Below, piece by piece: positions 17,296 to 29,700 of a stretch of DNA of 64,000 nucleotides. The stretch comes from the human T2T-CHM13v2.0 reference genome, Homo sapiens. Both the position numbers and the translations under genes were made by a program. The DNA lies in NCBI RefSeq assembly GCF_009914755.1, contig NC_060926.1; one strand, 5' to 3'. Numbering within the stretch: the stretch's first letter is position 1; each line of letters starts with the position of its first letter. A model generated the notes under the pieces. That model worked only from the letters and a program-made list of their open reading frames with translations, was not told where the DNA came from and made no database searches.

Positions 17296-17933
17296 TATAC
17301 AGAAAGGAGTGAAAAGCCTCTAACATATAATGTGTCTCCTGCACCAATCAATTAAACGTGTTTCATTGCTTCCAGTGGGCCAAGTGCTCTTCTTGGGGGA
17401 CTGGATTGCACAGAACATAGTATTACTCCTACTCACAGGTAGCACAGAGTGTGGCTGTTGGGAGGAATTCAATCAGCTAATGGTGGTAAGTGCTAGAAAG
17501 GAGAAATGAGTGCACTGCTTCAGGAGCACCGAGTAATGGATGGTAAACAGAACTATGGAAAAAAATACCTCACAAGGAACAAAGTTCAGGTGGCTCTTGA
17601 AGAATTGGATTTTGTCTGCTAAATAAACAGCCTATCATGGCTGTGGCTCTAGCATAGAGTATAGCAGAAACAATAGAAATGCCAATAGCGGTCGGAATAC
17701 AAAGGATTTAAAATACCATACTAAAGATGTCACTGTTTTCCTCTGGATAACAGAAAATAACTTAAGAAAGAAGCATCCAACTTTGTTGTTATCTAGTGTT
17801 GATTCATATAATAGAAATCCATATCAGCCTGCCCCCATACATTTTTATTAATAGTGTGTCAGGAGAATCCATTTTTAGTAAGGAACACTAAATCAGTAGC
17901 TCTCTAAATATATAATATTATACTCTCAACTAA

Positions 17934-18975
17934 TTTTTTTTTTGCAGGAGTGTTTAATAAGCATATTTTATTTAAATAAATCCTCCAGTAGGAAATGGAG
18001 AATTCACTGCCTTTACTTAGAAGGCTATGTAAATAGCTATCTGTCAAATTTATATATGCAGCTCACCAATATTCCCTTACTGGAAACATCAGTATTTCCA
18101 CATCACATCACAGTTCCCAAAAGGACTTTAAAGTCTCAAAATTCCGTGTCTCCTTTGGCTTGCTTCTCTCTTGATTTCACCCAGGCTTTATTAATGGTTT
18201 GCTTCATATCATCATCTCCATCTTCATAAATTTTCTTTAGAACATTCATCAATCCCTCACTAGGATCTGTTTCAGTGTCATAGGAGGGCTTCTCTTTTTC
18301 TTTGCACTCTTTTTCAACCTGGGTCAGGTAATCCCACCTTGTGTTTTCCACTTTCTTTCTACACAATATAAGAACTGTATCAGTCTTGACTTTTTTTGAA
18401 CTGCCTTCCACAGAGATGGGTTTCAAGAGATTGTTCACAATCATGGAGTAACTCTTCCCATTTAAATTCTTTACCAAAAGATCAAATGACCTCTCTGTGA
18501 AATGCACCTGCACATTCTCAGTGGGAACTTGATGAACTCCAGTTAAGGTAATGTAGATTTTCACAAACTTATCTGACTGATCCCATCCATAATTACTGAT
18601 TTTCACCGTATAGCCCGTTGTAATGGGAGCAACCACAGCAGCTGGTTTTTCATTATCAAGAAGTTCTGCTTTCTTCTGCGATTTCTGTTGCAACTTGTTC
18701 TTGATTTCGGTCTCAATCTTGGATTTTTCAGCTGTAAGGGCATCACGTACTCTTCCTAGTAGCCTTTTCCAGCAACACCTTTACCTCTTCTAGATCTTTC
18801 TGTAGCTCTTCTGAAGCCATGGGGGCTGGGTCAGGCCGAAGGCCCGAGCTGCAGCCGTGCAGAGGAAGGAACAGGAAACGCCGCGCCAAGCCCTCAAACC
18901 GAGCGCAGAGGCCTACCCGCACGAGTCGCAGCGCCGCAGCCTGCGCGCACACCGACCCTGTGCGAGATCGCGGCC
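17934..18975 (-). pseudogene. Processed pseudogene (retrocopy) of CACYBP, calcyclin-binding protein/Siah-interacting protein
   Basis: Intronless. Original ATG at 18820-18818 ([23 protein letters not shown]); stop at 18138-18136 (...KQAKGDTEF). The span is 685 nt against 687 for a 228-aa CDS, i.e. a 2-nt deletion near 18752 giving a premature TGA at 18745-18743. CS domain ([16 protein letters not shown]) and SGS domain ([22 protein letters not shown]) are present. About 155 nt of GC-rich 5'UTR, about 190 nt of 3'UTR with AATAAA/ATTAAA, a short A tract, and TSD CTAATTTTT at 17930-17938 and 18976-18984. Which named CACYBPP locus this is cannot be determined from sequence alone. Confidence 0.97.
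17953..17972 (-). promoter_or_regulatory. Polyadenylation signals carried by the CACYBP retrocopy
   Basis: Minus-strand AATAAA (plus-strand TTTATT 17967-17972) and ATTAAA (plus-strand TTTAAT 17953-17958) lie just upstream of the A tract at 17934-17943. Confidence 0.7.
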
Positions 18976-21900
18976 CTAATTTTTCTTTAATTAGTAATTT
19001 ATAATGCCCACATTTCAAAATATAATTTAAATGATTCTTGAAGGTCAATATATATTAATTACATTTAGCTTCCACTATAATTACTAATAAAGCCAAGTCC
19101 ACTAGAATGATGATTACCAGAAACCAATTTTATCTAGGCAGCAGCAAACAGGCAAAAATAGTCTATTATTCTGTCAACTCATGTATGCTGGGTAAATTAG
19201 AGACTATTTGCTAAACATCTTAACTAGACCATCTCCCATAATTAGGCCTTATATGGCCTGTGGAACATACGTGGAATTAACGAAATCTAAAATGTGAAGT
19301 AGTCAACTATGCTGATTACTGTCAAGAGAACTATCAATTCAGTCATATAAAGAATATATTAGAGTGGAAAGAAACTGGAGTCCTGACAACTAATTGGGAA
19401 GATATTAAAATAGTAGAGCTTAATAAAAATCTGAAATATGGCACAGATGTTAGGAAGGCTGGTTAAAGGAAGGAACAGATTTTAAAAGTCCTCTGGAGGC
19501 AAAACTGATAGTCTGATTGTTTTGTAAGGAAGTATATTGGGGAATTAAGGATATGGTGGAGTAAAAGTTATCTAGCTTGTTCTTAGCAGAAGTATCTGTT
19601 TGACCTTATGCACATTCCTTTCTCTGCCAGGAAGCTACCAAAGGGCGCTGGATTGATGGTGTCACCTACTGACCAAAATCCAAACCACCAGGACACAATC
19701 ACCTCCTCTCTGGGGCTCTCAAAGTCAGTACACAGGTATTTTTGTCTCCTATTTGTTAAAATTCAATTAATTCAGTTGTGTAAATCAACTTTCTCATTTA
19801 TATGGACTATCCATATATCTTTCCCTGCTTTTCTATTCATCCCAGTTCTTTCTTAGCTGCGTCGGAAACATTTAGCTAATTTTACCATGGGGAATGCTAG
19901 CTACCTCATTAAAAAAAAAAGAAATTACAACCAAGAAAACCAAGAGTAGTACTTGGTATACACACCTATCCCAAGATGAGGGAGCATTTGATCAAAATTA
20001 GATGTTTATTTCATCAGCCCCCGCATGTGCTTAAAAGTACCCAGATACCTTCAGAGTCTAACAACCATCTTGTTTTCCTTAAAGCAAATTTCATATACCA
20101 GTATTCAAGACCAATATATCATTAGTTGATTCTGTTTTATCATCTTTATATTTAATTAAAAGTACTAGAGCAGCATTATCTTATTTATTATTGTAAGTAT
20201 ACAGCATGCCAGCAACATCATCAAATTGTCTTTTGTGGACATATTTTCATCACATTGTTTTTATGTGAAAAATTCGCTTGAATTTTTAAACTTTTGTAAG
20301 GTAATCTTTCACTTATAATGTGCAAGTAGAGAAATCACTGAATAATTGTTCATTAAATAAAAAAAACTATCTCATGAAATAAATTCATTAACCTCAAATT
20401 AGGTTTATTTAATATTCCTGGATACTGGTTAGGAAATCTAAAGGACCATGACTTCATACAAATACATAAGTGTGCCAAAGAATATGAAAAATATGGTTGA
20501 AATGATACTTATTATATTTCTGTTCCTGCGTGCAGGACTTTCTTAAGACAGTACTCAGGAAGAAATCTGTGGCAGAGTGAAAGAAAATTAAGAAGAGATT
20601 GTACTTCCTGAAGGCCTATTATAATGTAATTATGTAATCTTTCTCTAAAGGTGACCCTTTTGCCCCGCCTAACTTTTTAGAATTGTATTTCCTTATGTTC
20701 AGTCTTTCCAGCCATGGTTGAGGTGCATGTGTCCCTCACAGAAATCCAGTAGAATGACAAAAACATTTGACATTTACAGCATCTCGTGACCCTCCGAGGC
20801 ACAGAAGTAATTTAATAGTGATGGAAAAATTTGCCATCAAACTACCCAAGTGTTCCTAAATAGTTTGGCAGTTAATAGTCCTGAGCTATTTCAGAATTTC
20901 TCAGTGTCTCCTACTGTACGGCATTGTTCACTAAGATAGCAAAAGCCTCCACTAACAAAGATACATTCAGATTTTTACAAATGCAGAGTGAACAACAAAA
21001 AAAGCAAGGTTATGTCTGAATGCTTAAAATATTTCTCATTTATAGGCAGAAGTTTTTTGCTGGCTATAAAACAAATCAGAACCAGCCCTGGAATCACCTA
21101 ATCACAAAGAAAAATTGTTGTTGTTGTTGTTTTTTTAACTGTAGTCATTGCCACCTTTGGGGTTAGGAGTGGCAGAGAGAGGATTGCTATTTTGATTAGA
21201 AAAACAAAGTATCTCTGGTAATATAAGAAACAAATAGGCACACTGGTTCACACAGTAGCGCATATATCCATATGCTTAGTTTTTAAAAAGGTAGGTTAAA
21301 ACATAACACTGCCAAATTCCTCTGAATAATATTATAAAAGAGTGTCTTTAATGAATGGCTTGATTTGTTCAGTTTCTCAGATGTTAGTTTCCCTTTCAAG
21401 GGAAGGCAAGTAGAAGAGACTAGAGACTGGGGTCCTCAATTTGAGCAGAGAAAGAGAAGATGGAATAAAAGAACAGATAGAAGCCAAAGGAGAGAGGTGG
21501 TCAATAATTCCCAACGGGGGAATGCTGAAAGAATGGCTTTAGAGGTATATAAAACCTAGGGTTAAACTGTCCTTTTCTGTGCTGTGACTGCTCTCCAAAC
21601 TGCAGCAGATTTGTCACTACCCTGTTGGTGCCGTAGGGAATTACAGAGAAAGGGTCTTTGTCCACCCATGGAGTGAAAGGGGGTAGGAGGAGAATTTCTA
21701 ACTTCAGAGAAGGAACAAGAAGTCAAGTGCTTAATGAGTTGAAGCCAGGAGCAGTGATTCAGAGCAAGATGTAAAACATTCCCTGAGAAAATTCCTGTGA
21801 GAATCTTCTGAAACACCAGGAACAACCCTGCACTTCCCTGGTCCACACAAGAGGGAGCTTATAGTCACTTTATTTGAATATTAAAAAGTAGGCTGCCCTG

Positions 21901-22604
21901 AAAAGACAAGAATGTGGAGACCCTTTCATTATCATGCATTATCTTGCTCCAAGAGGCTCATTTACTGCCATGTATACATAACTCAGAAACTTTGGTGCTC
22001 AGGAATGAGACTGAGCTGATCACCATCCAGGGAAGGGAGAGCCCTAGGGAAAGGGAGAAACCTGCTTCAGTGTCCTGGGGTCATTTACATGGGTGGAATA
22101 AGGGTGAGAAAGTGCATCTAGGGGGTAATGGCCTTGAAATTAGAGTTTCCATTCTTCACTGGGGAGAAATGAGCAAATGACCTCACCTCCGTATCATGGT
22201 GCAAGAAAAGTAACAAAGTCAATAATCAAAGAATCAAATCCTCAAAACACATATACACATAAGACAAATGTTATTCACAAACTCCTGTCTATAAGGCCAG
22301 TCTTGTATATGGTTATTTAGGAAAAAGCTATTTCAAAATTACTTTCCACAAACTCTCTCCTTAAAAGGCAAGTGGCTAAGAACCGATAGGTGAGTAATTG
22401 TTTTGGTAAATTTGGTAAGTTGGTAGAAAGTAATGAGCGAGAAAATGGTGTTATTTGGGCCAAAGGGGAAAAGAAGAGGATAAGAAATAGACTGAAATGG
22501 AGAAGTCAAATAAATTGTGCTGTGTGCTCACACTGTGCCAGAGACCAGCCTTAATGAGAGAAGACTGTCTGCTTGGAAGCCTGGAAGAGATACTGGACTT
22601 TGTT

Positions 22605-23938
22605 TTAATTTTACTTTTTGTAAACAGACAGATAAAATTTTATTTATTTATCCTGTACAACATATCATTTTGAAACATATACACATGATGGAATGACCAA
22701 CTCATTTCACGCACTTAACATTTTTGTGATACGAACACTTTACACTCAGCATTTTTCAAGAATATATTATTGTTAACAATAGTCAACATGTTATACAATA
22801 GATTTCTTGAACTTATTCCTCCTATCTAACTGAAATTTTATATTCTTTGATCAACATCTCCCCAAGGCCACTCACCCACCCTCCCCAACTTCTGGTAACC
22901 ACCATTTTACTCTCTATTTCTATGAGATTAACTTTTTTAGATTCTACATATGAGTGAGCTCATGCAGTATTTGTCCTTCTGTGCCTGGCTTTTTTCACTT
23001 AATGTAATGTCTTTCAGGTTCAACCATGCTGTTGTAAATGACAGGATTTCTTTTTTTTTTTAATGACTGAAGAGTATTTCATTGTGTATATATACATTTT
23101 CCTTATTCATTCATTCATTGATATACAGTTGAGTCCATAACCTAGCTGTTGTAAATAGTGCTGCAATAAACATGAGTGTACAGTTATCTCTAACATACTG
23201 ATTCCATTTCCTCTGAATATATGCCCAAGTAATGGGATTGCCAGTAGTACTATTTTTAATTTTTTGAGGAATGTCCATAGTGTTTTTTAAGATAGGTGTA
23301 CTAATTTACATTTCTTCCAACATTGTGCAAGGGTTCTCTTTCCTCCACATCCTCACCAACACTTGTTATCTTTTGCCTTTTTGTTAATAGCCATTCCAAC
23401 AGGAGTGAAGTGATACCTCATTGATTTTGATTTGCATTTCTCCAACGATTAGCAATGTTGAACATTTTTTCCATACACCTGTTGCCCATTTGTACATTAT
23501 CTTTTGAGAAATAGCTATTCAAGCCCTTTGTCCATTTTTAATTGGGTTATTTTTCTTGCAATTGAGTTGTCTGAGTTCCTTATATATTTTGAATATTTAC
23601 CACTTAACAGATGTATAGTTTAAAAATATTTTTTCTCCCATTCTGTAGGTTGTCCCTTCACTCTGTTGGTTTTCTCTTCACTCTGTTTATTTTTACCTCT
23701 GCTGTGCAGAGCCTTTTTCATTTCATACAATTCCATTTGTCTATTTTTGCTTTTGTTACCTGTTTTTTGGGTCATGTCTAAAAAATTATTACCTAGACCA
23801 ATGTCATAGAGCTTTTCCTCTTTCTATTTTTCTAGTAATTTTGTAGTTTCAGGTCTTCCATCTAAGTCTTTAATCCATTTTGGGTTTTGTATATGGTGAG
23901 AGAGAGGGGTCTGTCTTCATTCTTCTTCATGTGGATAT
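22605..23938 (-). mobile_element. L1MA-like 3' fragment (ORF2 C-terminus and 3'UTR)
   Basis: Antisense L1 text (TACAATAGATTTCTTGAACTTATTCCTCCTATCTAACTG; GCTGCAATAAACATG; TTTGCATTTCTC). Possible decayed TSD GAGATACTGGACTTT / GAGATGACTGACTTT. Confidence 0.88.
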
Positions 23939-24379
23939 GGAGATGACTGACTTTGAAGACGAGGGCAAGGTCATTGGTTAGGGCACAGAAACACACAATC
24001 ACCTCACTCATGTCAGCTTATTGGAAACAGACACAAAAGCAATAAGTACTCCAAATTAAATTTATATTTTTATTTTTGCAATTTAGTATTATCTATGCTT
24101 TTAGTGCTATGCACATCTACTGTATCTTTATAGCAGATATACTATATAATGAGGTACTACACTGTATCTTTTCCTAGTTCTGTTCTATAACATCAGGTTG
24201 ACAGTTTTTCAGGTTATATAACTTAATTTTTAGTGATGGCTGTGTTACAAAATGGCTAACTAAATTTCAAAAAAATAAACTTAGTTTTTATGAAGTAGTA
24301 CTATGTATATCCAACACATTTCTGGATGTACACATTTAGCTAGATCCTCATGACTCAAGATAAGGACAAGGCAAAGAAC

Positions 24380-25070
24380 TGTTATGCCTGGTAAAGCTAA
24401 GAAAGAGACTAAGGTTCAGTTTAGAGCAGGAGAGTATGGCAGCTGTGCTGCTGGGCATGGTAGAGTAGTGGTACCCACTATCAGAACAGCTATGCATGTC
24501 AGAGACTGTAGAATAGCAAAAGATCAGGGACAGTGCCTGCTTTGCATGACATGGGGCAAAAAAGCATGGGTGCTATGGGAGGGGAGTTACTCTCAATTCT
24601 TTGTGAGATATTTGGAATATTACCATAAATACAAGTCAGGGAAAGATGAAGAACACTGGAAATCCTATGAATAGTGGTGAAACATGGATATTTGGATTAT
24701 TGATTTTAATGTAAAATACATTCACAGGCTTTCAAAGCCTAGACAACATTCAGATTATGTCTTCTGCTACGTTCAGGAAGCTAGTTTGCTCAAGATTTAT
24801 TCTGTCTGTGGCTTTTTGATTCCCAGATTCCAGCTAGGACATTGAGAGCCTGGGTTCAGGGGCTATGACAGGAGCTTCCTGGTTGGGGAAGCTGAGGTTT
24901 CCTTAAGTTAGCTGAGTTATTGATACTAGAATCCTTCTTGAAGAGTCAATCTAAAGCCTGCTCTCCAGCCCTTCCAATGATTTTTGTCAGCACTTAATTC
25001 CTTAAATACTTTTTGCTTAAACTAGCTAGAGTAGTTTCTTTATTCTGCAACAGGAAGCTCACTCATGCTC
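24380..25070 (+). mobile_element. Old ERVL-class LTR remnant
   Basis: 3' end CCAGCCCTTCCAATGATT...GCTTAAACTAGCTAGAGTAGTTTCT...CTGCAAC. The 5' boundary is uncertain. Confidence 0.5.
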
Positions 25071-26717
25071 TCTTTCATTTGGTGAATTGTGAATCCAAGA
25101 AGAAAAATCTTAAAACAAGCTTTAAAATATAAAACATAAATAACAGATTGTGAAGTCAGTTTAAATTGAATTCTTTATTTACTCAAGTGGCATTGTCATT
25201 AACCTAACTGAAAAAGAGTCTATGTTGAGTTTATTGAAGAAGAAAAAAACTCACGATTTTTTGCATAACAGTTGATGAAGAAAATCCTTGACTGTGTTGA
25301 TTCCTCACAGAGATTACTACACAAAGTATTATTTGTATTATCTTATGAAGTTCTCAATTTTAAAGACTGAAAAATAGCTGTTTATAACAGAAAATCCTAG
25401 AGAAAGCCTATTATTTTCTCTTTATAAGGTGCTTACAAATATTACAAGTCAATGGAATTATTGTGATAGTATTAGCTCAGTCAGAAATCTATCCACATCA
25501 TTAAATATCCTCACCAGGAATCTGAACAACAAAGAAAATTAAATTGGCTTACTGTGATCTGTAACATTTATAAGCAGTGGTTTACCTAGAATGCCTCAAC
25601 AATTCTTAAAGCACTGTCACACTGATCAACACCACCCTTCTAAGGTTGCTAAGCTTTATTTCCTACTCTGTTTTTATCAGACGTTGTAAGACTTAAAGGT
25701 GAATCAATCTGAGTTCTGTAAGGTAGTGAACCTTTTTATTTGTAATACCCACAAATGCCTTGTGCGATTTATCTTTACTCTGTGCTACAGAACACCAACT
25801 AGATATCCACAACTCAAACAACTCACAACCCAAAGGCCAAGCTTTTTCCACAGTCTGGTTCTTTCATACCGATTGTCCAAAGAAAACATAAGCAATAAGC
25901 ATGCCTGCCTATATGAAACCGTGCTGCCTCCCTGGGGCTCAAGCACTGCAGGCTGGCAGCTACATCTGCCTTTTTCTTTTTGAAGATCATCTTGTACTGA
26001 AGAAGTGTGCCAAGAATTTAAAAATAGAAACATTTGGCTTTGATTAAAACAGCTTTCTATTTTTAAAGAACTGCCTGTCCATAAAGACTTTAAGGCAGTA
26101 ATTTGCAATGTCGTGGCCAGGTCCTGCATTTATTTTAATTATTCATACAGTATTTCTTTTAAGTGAGCTATATTTGCCTTTGAATATTTAAACATTATAT
26201 ATTTTCATATGCCATTCAAATGCTTAGAGATTTTCTAGCACGTAGAATAAAAGATCATGTCAATAAGTTTCAGAAAAAAATGAACTGATGTTTAGGATAA
26301 CCCATCTCAGAAATTTCTCATCTATATTATTTCATAATCCTAGATGGAGAATCTAAAATTAGAAACATGAGTTCTAAAGCACAACTCATGTTGATGAAAA
26401 AGGTCTAGTTAAATTACATTTCTTTGATACAATTTAGTATAAATATTTCCATTTAATATTTATACCTGGAGTACTATAAAAACTAGACTCTCAATAGGAT
26501 AACATAATCATGAGCTAATGAGGTTTCCACAAGAGAACAATCTTTTCCTTAGAGGCACAGATCATACTATATATTTTTAACCCACAAATGTGTAGTTTAA
26601 ACACCATGTTACAAAATTGCACGTATAAATAAGAAAAATAACTTCTCTGCCATAATCACAATTGTTAGCTTATATTTCAGGATAGGAAGAAAAAATGTTT
26701 GTGGTTTGCTCCTATAT

Positions 26718-29700
26718 TATTTTTTATTATACTTAAGTTCTGGGATACATGTGCAGAACATGCAGGTTTGTTAAAAAGGTATACATGTGCCATGATGGTT
26801 TGCTGCACCCATCAACCCGTCATCTACATTAGGTATTTCTCCTAACACCATCCATCCCCTTGCCCCACAACCCCAGACAGGCCCCAGTGTGTGATTTCCC
26901 CTCCCTGTGCCCAAATGTTCTCATTGTTCAACTCCCACTTATGAGTGAGAACAGATGGTGTTTGGTTTTTTGTTCCTGTGTTAGTTTGCTGAGAATGATG
27001 ATTTCCAGCTTCATCCATTTCCCTGCAAAGGACATGAACTCATCCTTTTTTATGGCTGCATAGTATTCCATGGTGTATATGTGCCATATTTTCTTCATCC
27101 AGTCTTTCATTGATGGGCATTTGGGTTGGCTCCAAGTCGTTGATATTGTGAATAGTACTGCAATAAACATACATGTGCATGTGTCTTTATAAAAGAATGA
27201 TTTATAATCCTTTGGGTATATACTCAGTAATGGGATTGCTGGATCAAATGGTATTTCTAGTTCTAGATCCTTGAGGCATCACCACACGGTCCTCCACAAT
27301 GGTTGAACTAATTTACATTCCAACCAACGTGTAAAAGCGTTCCTATTTCTCCACATCCTCTCCAGCATCTGTTTCCCAACTTTTTAGTGATCACTATTCT
27401 AACTGGTATGAGATGGTATTTCATTGTGGTTTTGATTTGCATTTCTCTAATAACCAGTGATGGGCTTTTTTCATGTTTGTTTGGCCACAGAAATGTCTTC
27501 TTTTGAAAAATGTCTGTTCATATCCTTTACCCACTTTTTGATGGGGTTGTTTTCTTGTAAATTTGTTTAAGTTTCTTGTAGATTCTGGATATTAGCCCTT
27601 TGTCAGATGGGTAGACTGCAAAAATTTTCTCCTATTCTGAAGGTTGCCTGTTCACTCTGATGATAGTTTCTTTTGCTGTGCAGAAGCTTTTTAGTTTAGC
27701 TAGACCCCATTTGTCAGTTTTGGCTTTTGTTGCCATTGCTTTTGGTGTTTTAGTCATGAAGAATTTGCCATGCCTATGTCCTGAATGGTATTGCCTAGGT
27801 TTTCTTCCAGGGTTTTTATGGTTTTAGATCTTATGTTTAAATCTGTAATCCATCTTGAGTTAATTTTTGTGTAAGGTGTAAGGAAGGGGTCCAGTTTCAG
27901 TTTTCTGCATATGGCTAGCCAGTTTTTGCAACACCATTTATTAAATAGGGAATCCTTTCCCCGTTTCTTGTTTTTGTCAGGTTTGTCAAAGATCAGATCC
28001 TTGTAGATGTGTGGTGTTATTTCTGAGGCCTCTGTTCTGTTCTGTTGGTCTATATATCTGTTTTGGTATCAGACCAAGGTGTTTTGGTTACTGTAGCTTT
28101 GTAATATAGTTTGAAGTCAGGTAGCTTAGTGCCTCCAGCTTTGTTCTTTTTGCTTATGATTGTCTTGGCTCTGCAGGCTCTTTTTTGCTTTCACATGAAA
28201 TTTAAAGTAGATTTTTCTAATTTGGTGAAGAAAGTCAATGGTAGCTTGATGGGAATAGCATTGAATCTGTAAATTACTTTGGGCAGTATGGCCATTTTCA
28301 CAATATTGATTCTTCCTATCCTTGTGCATGGAATGTTTTTCCATCTGTTTGTGTCCTCTTATTTCCTTGAGCAGTGGTTTGCAGTTCTCCTTGAAGAGGT
28401 CCTTTACATCCCTTGTAAGTTGTATTCCTAGGTATTTTATTCTCTTAGTAGCAATTGTGAATGGGAGTTCACTCACTATTTGGCTCTCTGTCTGTTATTG
28501 CTGCATAGGAATGCTTGTGATTTTTGCACAATGATTTTGTATCCTGAGACTTTGCTGAAGTTGCTTATCAGCTTAAGGAGATTTGGGGCTGAGACGATGT
28601 GGTTTTCTAAATATACAATCATGTCATCTGCAAACAGAGACAATTTGACTTTCTCTCTTCCTATTTGAATACCCTTTATTGCTTTGTCTTGCCTGATTGC
28701 CCTGGTCAGAATTTCCAATACTATGTTGAATAGGAGTGGTGAGAGAGGGCATCCTTGTTTTGTGCCAGTTTTCAAAGGAAATGCTTCCAGCTTTTGCCCA
28801 TTCAGTATGATATTGGCTGTGGGTTTGTCATAAATAGCTATTATTTTGAGATACATTTCATCTATACCTAGTTTATTGAGCGTTTTTAGCATGAAGGGGT
28901 ATTGAATTTATTGAAGGCCTTTTCTGCATCTATTGAGATAATCATGTGGTTTTTGTTGGTTCTGTTTATGTGATAGATTACGTTTATTCATTTGTGTATG
29001 TTGAACCAGCCTTGCATCCCAGGGATGAAGCTGACTTGATTGTAGTGGATATGCTTTTTAATATGCTGCTGGATTTAGTTTGCCAGTGTTTTATTGAGGA
29101 TTTTCGCATGATATTCATCAGGGATATTGGCCTGAAATTTTCTGTTTTTTTGTCATGTCTCTGCCTGGTTTTGGTATCAGCATGATGCTAGCCTCATAAA
29201 AAGAGTTAAAGAGGAGTCCTTTTTCCATTGTTTGGAATAGTTTCAGAAGGAATGGTACCAGCTCCTGTTTCTACCTCTCATAGAATTCTGCTGTGAATCC
29301 GTCTGGTCCTGGGCTTTTTGTGGTTGGTAGGCTATTAATTACTGCCTCAATTTCAGAACTCGTTATTGGTCTATTAAGGGATTCGACTTCTTCCTGGTTT
29401 AGTCTTGGGAGGGCATATGTGTCCAGGAATTTATCCATTTGTTCTAGATTTTCTAGTTTATTTCCATAGAGGTATTCATAGTATTCTCTGATGGTAGTTT
29501 TTATTTCTGTGGGATCATTGGTGATATCTGCTTTATCATTTTTTATTGTGTCTATTTGATTCTTCTCTCTTCCTTATAAGTCTGGATAGTGGTCTATTTT
29601 GTTAATCTTTTCAAAAAACCAGCTCTTGGGTTCATTGATTTTTTGAAGGGTTTTTCAGTTTTTCATGTCTCTATCTCCTTGATCTCTGCTCTGATCTTTG

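Noticed and set aside
18136-18693. Functional CACYBP gene
   Set aside because: Intronless, flanked by a TSD, frameshifted after codon 23, and the listed start is TTG. Called a pseudogene; residual coding potential is kept as a finding.
17934-18975. Assigning a specific symbol such as CACYBPP2
   Set aside because: Several CACYBP pseudogenes exist. The gene-poor context is compatible with more than one, and I cannot map coordinates without a search.
18743-19048. 101-aa ORF fusing flank, 5'UTR and the CACYBP N-terminus
   Set aside because: Non-ATG start in AT-rich flank and read-through of a GC-rich UTR that is naturally poor in stops; ends at the frameshift stop.
25785-26129. 114-aa minus-strand ORF with an internal acceptor-like site
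   Set aside because: No recognisable domain, no good donor site, and unremarkable composition.
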